From Balanoglossus misakiensis (taxonomy: Eukaryota; Animalia; Hemichordata), in the NCBI GenBank assembly GCA_040954595.2, contig CM082581.2, positions 2,348,699 to 2,412,698 on the forward strand: DNA of 64,000 nucleotides. Direction: 5' to 3'. Of the stretch, positions 38,418 to 50,846 are shown piece after piece; the first letter of the stretch is position 1, and each line of letters opens with the position of its first letter. A model generated the notes under the pieces. That model was not told the DNA's origin and searched no databases. It saw only the letters and a program-made list of their open reading frames with translations. The position numbers and the translations under genes are program-made.

Positions 38418-40891
38418 TTATAATATTTGACATACATGGGCATTGATGTTCATTGTAACCAGCTTCCCATCATATCTGTATACATTTAGAGGCCACTGAA
38501 ATTTCAGAGACTGAACCGAGTGAATATTGTGTCTGCCATTTGCTTCCAGTACATAGTGAAGGATGTGAATGTCAAACACAGATGGCGTGGCTGTACACTC
38601 AATTACAAAATACTTCACTTTATCATATACTATTATATCCCTTACCAAACCAAACAATGGTTCATCCTCCTCATAATCAAGTACAAGGGCACAACCCAAT
38701 TGAAACTCAAGACCATGGACAGTGATAGATGTAGTTCTGTACATTAGCCATTCATCACATGGTTCTTTTTCACATAAAACACTCATGTCATGTACCAAAG
38801 CAGGATAATCATTGCTGAAATTGAACTCACGACCACTCTTTACCACATCACCATCATATAGAAAGTTACAAGACATTTCTCCATCAACTCCAGTTTGTCT
38901 CAGACACATGTACAACTGATGATGCATGCTAAGAGAGTAAGGAAGATTCTTGAAGTTTTTTCTTTTCACAGCTTTGAAAAATGAGTGCTTGCCTTCAAAC
39001 CTCACACACCAATGGTGTCTTAGTGGGCCATACATAAGCATTTGATTAGGGAAATGTACTGTGTAGTGTTTTTTGGGGATAAATGATGATTTAGGGTATA
39101 GTGCCTGGCTTGTCCTGAGGTAAATTCCAATAAGGATGCGAAGAACTTGTGCCGTTTCTCTAGTACAATAGGTGCTTGTACATAACAAGATAACTTGTAC
39201 AAGTCTGAGAAAATTTACCGAGTTTTCATTTTGTTGTGTTACCTTTTGTCCGAGAATTAAAGGGATGATTTGACACAGTGTATACAGAGCTGATGATGAT
39301 TGTTTCACCGCCAAACAGTTTTCAACATCTCCTTTATCAAATGTAGCTTCAGGCTTACTTTTCCGATGTATGTATGAATAGGGAAATTTGTTTATTTGAC
39401 CATTAAACCATTTCAGTGAGAACAACTTCAAATTGTAGACACAATGATACAACAGACTGGATAGGTCTCTTGGAATTATTCCTTCCAAAAACACATGCAT
39501 CGGATCTTGTACCAAGCCAGTTGTGATTGAAAAGTTTTCCAATTTCATCAAACAACTTGTACCATTAATGCCCCACATTTTGCTCCAATATCTCCGAGTA
39601 CGCTTTGAAAGCTCCTCCAGCGTTTCACAACGCTGTTTATGTACTTCACCATTCCTCATTGGGCATGTAGAATCAAGCAACCTGTTTTTAAGGTCATTAA
39701 CAGACAAGTCACACATTCTGATATTTTATATGCAAAGCCTACTCCTTCCTTAAACTTTCCAAGCCAGTTTGCAGCAGAAGTGTCAGCTGGAACAATCACT
39801 AACCCGCCATGAACGTGATGGTGATTACCTCCAATAACCATATCAACACCTACACCTGATACTTGATTTACCATTGTGATGAAATCATTTAACATCTTCT
39901 CTAAAGCTCCACTTTCTCTGATGTCTCTTGTTTTTGCTATTCCAACAAGTTGTATTGCACTTAACCTTGATCGATATTGAGGTGGAATATTTGCCAACAA
40001 ATAATAAAATATTGTTATTTTGTGCTTCTTAGTATGGCTCCCTAATGGATTCACAATTTCCAAATCATCAGTATTCAAGATTAGCATCAATGCATCGGGA
40101 TTTTGCTGGAAAAGGGGATTATTTCGAATATAGTCCCCATCACAAATGTCGAACATGAATTCATTTTGGGAAACATGTGGATGTTGAACAAAATCCCATA
40201 CCTCTGGCAACTCCAACAACTTCTGCAAAGACTGACAAAGGGGAATGTAATAGCCAACTTTTTCTTTTTCAAGCAAGCAGTTATTCCTTGTTACATGATC
40301 TATCCCCAACCCAACCTCGAAAGGCTTCACAAAAGGTAAATCTCCACATTTCTCATAAAACACCAACCTTTTACTCTGTGTATCCAATCCATTCAACATG
40401 TGATCAGCAGTGAAATTGTCAACAAATTCAGAATCAACTCCCCGTTCATCAAGTTCTTGCTTTAACTTTGTTTTGAAGTATTCTTGCTGTGCATCAAGCA
40501 ATATGCCCATGGATGAAACTACATCATTTATTGCTATTTGGGACAGATTGTGTCTTGCCTCTAAGGCCAGAGTAAACATGGCATTTTGAAAAGATAAACC
40601 ATCTCTGTCATTGAAAGGCACAGGATTGTCAACATCTGCCATTTCGATGTCGCCTGCATCTCCAAGAGGTGCAGGTCTTGGAATATCGACTATTCTGTGC
40701 TTTCTGTGGACATGAACTTTAAACGTATTCCATCGGTGGGTAGTATAACTACATGATCCTATACCACAAGAGACTGAAAAGTTGGGATCGTTTTTGTGAC
40801 GCCTTATATAATGTGTTTGATAATAATCAAAGAAATTCGTGCTATAAGAACACAAATTACACATTAATGTGTCTCCTTCCATTGGAAACAT
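38418..40891 (-). pseudogene. EnSpm/CACTA transposase with N-terminal C2H2 fingers, one frameshift near 39720
   Basis: TDDLEIVNPLGS, NIPPQYRSRL..IQL, ADT.AAN..G.F.E, DPMHVFLEG, PKKHY..HFP, GPLRHHWCVRFEGKH. Confidence 0.9.
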
Positions 40892-41746
40892 TAAATAAAG
40901 AATGAATTCATTGAAGAAAAGGACATATGATTATGCAATGCTCATGAAAAATGCAACAGTAGAGTGCAGTAAGGTGCATACTTCACTACCCGCTACCGTT
41001 GATAGGTCTGATGATGAATAAATTTGACGTTAAAAGCCGATGGGAAGCTCCAACAATGACGTGTATCAACATATTCATAGAAGGTTTTGGTGTTTCATTC
41101 AAAAATGCCTTACCAAAGTCTGGTCTTGCTTCCGCACGACTGCCTTCTGCAGCGCACCTCATGCATTCGCGCGTTTCCACAAACTGTCGTTCTTTCGAAA
41201 TGATGCATGACGGGATGAAAAAAAGGGCGCCAAAATTAAACACCAAGTGTTTAGGGATAGAACGCCACCTTGCACGCCAATGTTAGAAGTAACAAAACGA
41301 AATGGTTTTCTAATGTTTTTTTGCAATTTTTCAAATTTTCAACCGGAACTAAATATCTGAAACTATTGTGTGGACCTTCTTTTCAGGAAAAACATGCTTT
41401 TGGCAACTGCAGACCGGAGATATTTTTCGTGCACTTGGTGTGCCACACCTTATATGAAAATCGTATATGTTTGCCGGGCAGCCAGGCAATTGCAAATTTG
41501 ACAAAACCATATTAGACTAAAACAACCGAAAATTGTTCATTCTTTCACACATATTGCAAAATTACGATCTTGCATTGGTTTTGAACACTTGAGGGAGATG
41601 GGTTGTTAACGCCTTGTGTGCAGGTTAAGTGTGTGCAATATTTAACATGGCGTTAACACTATGAACACTATGTGTTCAAATTTGTACACCAACGTCTAAA
41701 GTTTGAACACGTAATTACGCGTCTGGCGTCCGCTATTTTTACAGTG

Positions 41747-42760
41747 TGGGGAGGTACTGTTTAGTTTCTTCAAATTTCTGCTGTGGCACACTCATAGTCA
41801 TGTCAATAGTATTGAATTGCCGACCCAGGAAGGTCATTACTGGGGACGGGGAACAAGCTTTTCCCGGTGATTCATCAAGACCAAGCTCAATAAGTAAATT
41901 GCCCAACTGAGTGAATGCAAAATCAGCCTTATCGACTGATTCCGCACCAGCAAAATCATCTAAATAATTCACACAATCGCTTCCCTCCTGTTGTGATATA
42001 TACCGGACTGCATTGGTAGTGCGCTGGCATGCAATGGAGGCCATTCGTAACCCAAAGGGCATTTAGTGTCAAAGAAAATCATTTCTCTCCACCTATACCC
42101 CAATAGGAAATAGTCATGCGGATCGGCAGGAATTTGGCGATAAGCCCGTTTCAAATCACGCTTGTAAAGTAAACAACCAGGGCCTTTTATTCTGATAAGC
42201 TTAGTGAGATCATCGACGCCAGGGTAAGTCAAGGAAAAAGGCCCATCCAAATAGAAATCAGAAGGTATCCCATCATTCACTGAGTGGCCGATAGGGAAAC
42301 TCGGATCGATAACCACCCGCCGATCCGGCGAATCCTTCTTGTCAACAGTTTGAAGCGGGGATAACATAACGGGGATAACATAAGAGGTTTGTCAAAGGGA
42401 TTGTCGTGAAAGGGCCCCACTGACCCGCCTAGGGCTACCTCCTTAGAGATATATCTGTCTATGTGATCTGGGTACAGCACTGCTGATTTGTGGTTGGTGG
42501 AAACTGGAAGTGGGTGATGGGATAATGTGTAATTCAATGGCCATCCAAATTCTAAGAAGTCACAAACTGCATAGTCATCATACCCTTGTAGTTTAGCTCG
42601 CCAAATTGGAATGCATAGATTTGACTGAACTGGAACGCGGCACCCTTTGTAATTGGGTAAATTTGAATTGTAAATTTTGACATGATTTTGAATAGACAGT
42701 GAGGCTGTGGGGGACAATGGAGATGGCCAATACTCTATTGGGATGTGAGCGCTGTGACTT
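41747..42760 (-). pseudogene. DIRS/Ngaro-type reverse transcriptase fragment, cut by the EnSpm
   Basis: FLEFGWP, NHKSA, GPF, SVNDGI, KRDLKRAYRQIP, MPFGLR, NYLDDF. Frameshifts include a 14 bp duplication cggggataacataa at 42356-42383. Confidence 0.85.
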
Positions 42761-43419
42761 TGTTCAAAATCACAATCTTCCATATGCGGATCTGAAAGTG
42801 TATCTTTTGTTGAGGTATGCTGCATATCATCTATGATACCTGCCTGGATAAAATCACAATTACTATTGTAGGAGGACCCGGATTGTGGATGTTGTGGCAT
42901 GTTGGACAATATATCAACAGGCATGTCATGATTGTTATTGTTGATGACTGGTGGGGAAATTGGGAGTCTGCATTATGAATGCCACCATCACAATGTCGGT
43001 TTTTAGAGTCATAATCGCTGTTATTAGCCTGGGCCATGCCCAAGTGGCAATCGTGGGAGGATTCAGATTGTAATTTTTGTGGCACACTAGAATTTTTGCG
43101 AACGTATCACAGCTGGACAATTTTTGATCATGATGAAAGTATGGTTTATCCTGACTTGTAATATTTGTAACTATCGGTTTAGGTGAAATTGGAATACCTA
43201 AACAGTGTGTGCCGTCGTCACAAGCTGGATTCTCAGACGCATACACAACATCATCTAAACATTCATGTTGAGTGGAACACCATGAGTACATAGGTTAGTG
43301 ACTGATGAAGGCCGACCTGAAATTTCATTGTGTGAAGACATGGTACTATCAATAGGAAAAGTACTGAGAAGTGTTTGAGTAGCTGTAAAACTCTCTGAAT
43401 CGTTAGGGGCCCAAGCGCC

Positions 43420-45255
43420 CACTTTTTTCTATTTTTTTGTGTGAGAACTTTTAACGACATCGTGATGGCGAAGGGTTCAGGAAGGCTTGCCTTTTACCTG
43501 AAGATGTCAACTGATGTTTGTTCGAGACCACTTTTTTCTATTTCTTTTTATTGTGAAAACTTTTAACGACATTATCATTGTAATTTTTATCATTTTCATA
43601 AATCCAATTCATTTCAATATCTACGCTGCGTTTTTATATGTCGGGTATAAGAAACATGCAGCGAAACTTGGTCATTTTTTTGTCGCGGTTTACTTGGGCA
43701 AGTCTGAATACAGAGTGCTCAGGAGAGAGAAACATAAACTCGCTAATAACGTGTCTTTCCGTCCGCATGACCAACCAAGGAGCGAAAAGGTCGTTATTTA
43801 GGCCGTAAAAAAAACGTTTTTATTGCCGAGAAGTGAATAAAGAACGGTCAGATCATTGCGGTGCAGAGAACTCTTATTTTGCACCGCTGCGGTGCAGGGA
43901 ACTCTTAATGTGCGGAAAATTTCCGACTTTTTCGAGTACACATTGTGATGGCGAATGGTTCAGGAAGGCTAGCCTTTTACCTGAAGGAGTTAACTGATGT
44001 TGGTTCGAGACCACTATTTTTTCTATTTCTTTTTTTTGTGTGTGAAAATTTTTAACGACATTATCAGTGTAATTTATGTCATTTTCATAAAGCCAATTCA
44101 TTGCAATATCAACGCTGCGTTTTTTATCTGTCGGGTATAAGAAACATGCAGGAAAACATGGTCATTTTTTGTCGCGGTTCACTTGGGCAAGTCTGAATAC
44201 GGAGTGCTCAGCTAAGAGAAAGATAAACTCTCTAAAACCATGTCTTTCCGTCCGAATGACCAACCAAGGAGCAAAAAAGTCATTATTTAGGCGTAATAAA
44301 ACGCTTTTGTCGCCGATGAGTGAATAAAGAACGGTGAGATCGTTGCGCGGCAGGGAACTCTTATTTGCACCGCTGCAGTGCAGGGAACTCTTATTTGCAC
44401 CGCTGCGGTGCAAATAAGATCATTGGAGTTATGCAGCAATATAGTGCGGAAAATTTCCAACTTTTTCGAGTACACATTGTGATGGCGAATGGTTCAGGAA
44501 GGCTAGCCTTTTGCCTGAAGGTGTCAACTGATGTTGGTTCGAGACCATTTTTTTTTCTATTTCTTTTTTTGTGTGAAATTTTTTAACGACATTATCAGTG
44601 TAATTTATGTCATTTTCATAAAGCCAATTCATTGCAATATCAACACTGCGTTTTTTATCTGTCGGGAATAAGAAACATGCAGGAAAACATGGTCATTTTT
44701 TGTCGCGGTTCACTTGGGCAAGTCTGAATACAGAGTGCTCAGGAGAGAGAAAGATAAACTCGCTAAAACCGTGTCTTTCCGTCCGCATGACCAACCAAGG
44801 AGCGAAAAAGTCGTTATTTAGGCCGTAATAGAACGTTTTTGTCGCCGAGGAGTGAATAAAGAACGGTGAGATCGTTGCGGTGCAGGGAACTCTTATTTGC
44901 ACCGCTGAGATGCAAATAAGATCATTCGAGTTATGCTGCAATATAGTGCGGAAAATTTCCGACTTTTTCGAGTACACATCGTGATGGCGAATGGTTCAGG
45001 AGGGCTAGCCTTTAACCTGAAGGTGACAACTGATGTTGTTTCGAGACCTTTTTTTCTATTTCTTTTTTGTGAGAATTTTTAACGACATTATCAGTGTATT
45101 TTTATCATTTTCATAAAGCCAATTCATTTCAATATCAACGCTGCGTTTTTATCTGTCGGGTATAAGAAACATGCAGGGAAACTTGGTCATTCTTCTGTCG
45201 CGGTTCACTTGGGCAAGTCTGAATACGGAGTGCTCAGGATAGAGAAAGATAAACT
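43420..45255. repeat. Tandem repeat, ~490-530 bp unit, ~3.7 copies
   Basis: ttttaacgacattatca...cacttgggcaagtctgaatac recurs near 43560, 44050, 44580 and 45077. Unit length varies through a 27 bp sub-repeat gcagggaactcttatttgcaccgctgc. Confidence 0.9.
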
Positions 45256-45539
45256 AGCAACACAACGACATAGAAATCCCAATTTTCGAAAACGAAGATA
45301 AAATCGGATTTTGTATGGAAAAACTCATTATCAATGTCAGCCTAAACAAAAATTACGAAATTCCTTTGAAAAAAACCCATGGTTGTCAAAGGGAAATTTT
45401 GAAATTGATTTTTCAATGGAAAAGTGCATAAATGTTACATTAAAGACCCTCATTAATATTTTTATTGAATAAAAAACTAACTTTGAGCGATGCTAAATTT
45501 GATTTGACTTTTTTCAACAGAAAAACGAGCGCAGTTTAA

Positions 45540-45902
45540 TTGCCAATGGGAAAGGAATCTTGTATAGCTTGAAATCTTGCCAATTGGCAGGAAAACCGCA
45601 ACGACTTAGAAATCCCTGCCAATTGGCAGGATTTTCAGGCTGTACTAGACTCCTGCCAATCGGCAAGATTTCCAGGTTGTACAAGACTCCTGCCAATTGG
45701 CAGGATTTTCAGGCTGTACTAGACTACTGACAATCAGCAAGATTTCCAGGCTGTATAAGACTCCCTGCCAATTGGCAGGATTTTCAGGCTGTACAAGACT
45801 TCTGCCAATCGGCAAGATTTCCAGGCTGTATAAGACTCCCTGCCAATTGGCAGGATTTTCAGGCTGTACAAGACTACTGACAATCAGCAAGATTTCCAGG
45901 CT
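45540..45902. repeat. Minisatellite, 39 bp monomers alternating as a 78 bp dimer, with palindrome CCTGCCAATTGGCAGG
   Basis: Seen directly; translated as the repeated peptide VQPENPANWQG in the ORF track. Confidence 0.9.
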
Positions 45903-47184
45903 GACGTACCAGTTCCTGCTCATCGTCGCTATCAAATTGCACAAGTGAGCACGTATTTTCGAGCGCACGATCGCTGAGCACGACATATTCGTCACTTGAA
46001 TCAAATTACGTACTGGTTGATGAAAAAAATACTGCCATTAATCGACATGCTGGCGGGCGCAGAAGACGGCCCTGATACACGGCCGAACAACCTGGCAGTA
46101 GCCCTGACCTCGAACGCCGCGGGCCAGCTTAGGCTTGTAGTTAGTTTTGGCACAGTCACTTGGTAGATTCCATTCAATTGAAGGGTTTCCTGATTTAAAG
46201 CACCGGTCAAGTAGGCGAAGTAATTGGACTTTTACTAGCTAGAAATACTAGAAAGTAGTCATACTGAAAAATTATAACCCATGTAAGATTTCAGTAACAT
46301 ATATCCGTCAGTTCGTATTTTTTACTGAAAACATACTAGTACTCAATCATTGAAGCGCCTTTCCCAAGGTTGGCCCAACCTAAACATAATGGTTTATCTA
46401 TTCTCTAATACTAATTTGAATAGTAAAGGTTAAGGGTTATAAGATATATCCAGGCACAAAGGTGGCGACCCCCGCGGCTAAGGTGTGAATCGCCAAACAT
46501 ATCTATGGAACAATAAAAATCTCCGGATTGTCGGAAATTTCTATTGTTTCTGTGGACAGCGACGGTTTTCGCAAAGTTCTCAACGATGCGATTCAAACCC
46601 GGGTTTGAGCAGAGTGCCCAGTGCAAACTGTCGACGTCCAACGTTATAGCGTTGCTATCTTGTGGAAGAAGACCGGTGCACTTTAAGTAAATAAACAAGA
46701 ATCGAAGAAAACTTCCAGGCTGATCAACAAGCGCAAGGGTGAACCGTTCTGGCCATTGAAAACGTGTCAAGCTTACAAGGACACCCATAAGGTGATTGTC
46801 GTCCACTAGGTCTCTCTGTTTCCGTGATGTATGGTGACTGTGTCGCCGTCCCGTGAAGTTTTGTAGCCAGCAACATTCCTCAACGATGGGCATGTGTGTC
46901 AGGAAAGACCACCCTTTCCGACCACACACCTGTGTTGTGATCGCGTTCTTTATTGTAAGTTATGTAACATGTATTTGATGTTTGTTCAACAACCTTCAAA
47001 GTCGCGCTTTTATTATATTTTACATATGGAATGCTTTTTTTTCTTTTCAGGGAACAACGACATCAATGGAGATGCTCTATGATTGGCCAAGCCACTCTTA
47101 TAACCATTTTGGACCCAGAAAAGTTTTCATTGTAAAATTTCCAGGAGTTTTTATATTTTAAGCGAGTGGATGTGTAATGTGTGT

Positions 47185-47346
47185 CTCTGCCAATTGGCAG
47201 AGTCAGCCATCTTGTCTCTGGCCTCTGCCAATTGGCAGAGTCAGCCATCTTGTCTCTGACCTCTGCCAATTGGCAGAGTCAGCCATCTTGTCTCTGGCCT
47301 CTGCCAATTGGCAGAATCAGGCATCTTGTCTCTAGCCTCTGCCAAT
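47185..47346. repeat. 38 bp minisatellite with palindrome CTCTGCCAATTGGCAGAG, left part
   Basis: About 4.3 copies of tctgccaattggcagagtcagccatcttgtctctggcc. Confidence 0.9.
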
Positions 47347-48026
47347 ACTCGAGTTTCGAGATTCTCGCGAGATTTACGAAAACGAGGCTGAAGGTGACCA
47401 GCTAGCTAGCTAGCGCAATAATGGCTGCGGTTGTTGGCACTGGTACGGTAGCTCACATTCACGTACGGAAAAAGTCACTAAGGTAAGATATATTGTTTTC
47501 AAAGAGAGTTAACTTTACTGATTAGTCATTTTAGAAGGTTTTGTGAATGTTCACGATATTTCAGTGTCGGGAAACAAGGCATTACTGCAAGTTGACTGTA
47601 ATTTGACTGTGGAAACTGCAGACGACAAGTACAAAACTGACAAGCCGTACGCCGTAGCGCGCAGAAAAGCAAGCATAGTGAAACTTTCTGATTATTTAGC
47701 TTAGCTGCGGCAGGGTCTTGGCTGTGGTTGACATTGTTGATGGAAGCATATTCCTCCGTAATCTATTGCCGCGTACGTTCAGCTTCAATGGTTGTAGCCT
47801 AACATTGAATCAAAGTTGTCTGTGCGCTTGGTTGCAGCCTGCAGGCAGACAAAGTCATTGAATGCGGAAGTGACCTCTACAATCATCGCGTACGTTGCAA
47901 TGGTGATAAATAACTAGTATACGTACAATACATGATGGCCACCTAAAAGTTTGACAGCGTCATTACCAATACCTCAGTCGAATTATTATTATTAATATAT
48001 AATATGCTTTATTGTTATTTTGACAG

Positions 48027-50240
48027 ATGCTCAGAATCAGTAGAGGTAAGCAGTGCTGTGCATATGGATGTACAAATACTGCCAGGGACAGCAAAGGAAA
48101 CCCAACTGGAATCCATTTTTTCAGGTTTCCCAGTAAACCATCAACAAAGAACCTCTGGTGCAGTAAGATATGTCGTCAAGATGGAAGAGATGGCTTTCAT
48201 GTTCGAGGTTCTACTGTTGTCTGCCATAACCACTTCAAAAACGAAGACATATCAGTATCATTTGGAGCAAAGATATGGAAATTGAGACCAGGCAAGTAAA
48301 GCTTGTTAGTAAACATTTATGGTTTGTGACATTGCATTTATGGGGGCAGAAATTTACGGTACTTGAAAAAGTATAATTAGTGAGTTGCCTCTGCAAAGTC
48401 ACTGGATATAATTTGGTACAATTTCAATGGGGATTATTTTCACACTTTATTTGCATACTATTGCCAGTGAAAATATCATTTGTGTTTTGCTGGCAGCTAT
48501 GTAATGAGCACTGCAAGAGTAAAAGAATGTTGTGTGTTGCATTAATATGTATTTAAACATACATTTCTAAATAGTTCATCAATCTTTAACTTACTGTAGG
48601 AGCTGTTCCGAATTCTGTGCAGCCAGCTAAGAAAATTATACGGCGAGAACATCCAAAACAGAGAAACCTGATAAAACCAAAAGCAGTTAAAAGGTTAGAC
48701 TTTGAAGATAGGAAAGAAAACAAGAAGGTAAGCATCATTCATTAATGGAGACTCTTTACCTTAGTCATTTAAAAAAAACCATCACCAAACTTTACCCCCG
48801 GATAGTCAAATAAGAAAATATTTTTCCCAATTGAAATAAACTTAAATATATAATTTGTTCAAACATGTTTTGTATTTTTTTCTCCGATATAGTGTGATAT
48901 TGAAGAAAGGTTCAAATTTTTAAATGTATAAATGTTATGTAGTTGCCACTTTAAAAATAATAGTCTGTGACGTGTGAGTGACATCTCAGATTTGTACTTG
49001 TTACAACATATTGTTATATTTTGAGTGATTTTTATTTTTTTTCAGATTGGTTTGAAAGATGCTGCTGTACAGACAGATAGTGCTTTATTCAACCACCACA
49101 GCCATTTGTTCAGCCACCACAACACATTGAAGAACATTCGTATTGTTTTACTAAGCCTTCCTTTATGTGTAATGATTATATTTTATATTTAGAGAAAAAA
49201 GTATCAGAATGTACTGCAGAAATACAAAACTTAAAATCCAAACTTGGGCAACTACAAATTGAGGTTGATGAATTGAAAAACAGAAAATTTTGTGTCGATA
49301 ATTTCAAAGATGACAGTGCAGTCCAATTTTATACAGGTTTTCCAAATTATGATAGTTTTTTGCATTTTTTCATTACCCTGAACCTAAAGCCACCAAACTG
49401 CAATATTGGAAGGGTGAAAAACAGATGAAACAATCCGTGCCCTATCAAGATCATTCCAAGTCAAAACCGGGACCAAAACGCAAGCTTACTTTATTAGATG
49501 AATTTTTTATGGTTTTAGTCAGATGTAGGGTTGGACTGTTTGTGAAGGATTTGGCTGACAGATTTGGCATATCACCATCTTCTGTATCTAAAATTTTCAC
49601 TACATGGATTATTTTCCTTTCACATGAGCTTTTGTTGTTGTTTCCCTTCCCTTCTCAGCACTCTATACAAAAGAATATGCCCCATGCATTTGAGCTATAT
49701 CCTACAACACGTGTGGTACTTGATTGCACAGAATTCTTTATCGAGGTGCCTTCCTCCATGCTTGCTCAATCACAAACATGGTCAGCCTATAAACACCATA
49801 ACACGTGGAAGGTTTTGGTTGGAATTTCCCCAAATGGTCAGGTGATATTTGTTTCTGATTTGTGGGGTGGGAGGGTCTCTGATCACAAAATTACTAAAGA
49901 TTGTGGTACTCTTGCAAAACTTGATGAAGGAGATAATGTCATGGCAGACAGGGGATTTGAAATTGGGGATGTTCTACCACCTGGAGTAACTCTAAATATA
50001 CCTCCATTTAAGAGGGACCGTGCCCAGCTAAGTTCAGCTGAAGTTACAGAGACCAACAACATTGCAAGTGTAAGGATACATGTTGAAAGGGCTATTGGAA
50101 GATTGAAAAATTACCATATCCTTGATGGAGTAATTCCATTGTCCCTAAAACACATCACCAATGAGTTAGTGACAGTATGTGCATATTTGACAAATTTCCT
50201 TCCCCCTTTACTTCCGCCAAAGACCATTGCCCCTCAATAG
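48027..50240 (+). pseudogene. Spliced THAP + HTH + DDE_Tnp_4 transposase, frameshifted
   Basis: CCAYGC..FFRFP..W..VCHNHF; AVP exon near 48600; FYTGFP; LDCTE; GGRVSD; MADRGF; RIHVERAIGRLKNY. A further upstream exon is possible at 47420-47481. Confidence 0.88.
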
Positions 50241-50846
50241 AAATTAATATGATATAAGATCATGCAGGACATGCATGTTCTCATTGACCCCACTTTAAAA
50301 TATCACTGAATCAAGTTCACGATTGTCAGCCAGTCCTTTAAAATATTATTCTTGTCACTGTGTCCTCCAGTCTGTCCAAAAGGTCAACTTGACACTAAAA
50401 TGTGCACTTTATAATATTAAATTTTCATTCAGATTTTTTCTTTCATTGGATCAAGGAAACATACAGTCCTGTTTCATTGTAAGAGATTTTATTCTGTATC
50501 AGTGTAACTGATTTATCTTTATTGTACATAGTTGATCAAAAAATGCAAGAATGAAGTATGACAAGCTGTGACCATTTAATATTAATATGAAATAACTTTT
50601 GACATTGTAATGATTTATTTATGGGTACACACATATACCATTGTATACAAAGGTCAAAGAATTCATTGAAAAAGTTGTGTGATTTATCTAATTTATTAAA
50701 TGTATCAAAATGTAATATGCAGTGAACACTTGTAAATATGTTTTAATAAAAAATACACTCACTTATGGCATGTAAATACATGTATGGATTCTGCGTTTAT
50801 TCATTTCGTAAATTGGCAGAATTAGTCCCATTAACATACAGCTAAA

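Larger units (their letters stand above)
35900..41746 (-). mobile_element. EnSpm/CACTA (CMC) transposon, distal end missing
   Basis: Terminus CACTGTAAAAA on the minus strand at 41746; subterminal AACAC/GTGTT repeats; transposase plus a second gene. No matching TIR found on the left. Confidence 0.8.

Noticed and set aside
46411-46929. SGNH hydrolase assignment from DSHLSRGG
   Set aside because: Only one weak motif and no GDS block, so it is left unassigned.
45540-47346. Palindromic 38-39 bp repeats as CRISPR
   Set aside because: The spacers are themselves repeated, so these are minisatellites.
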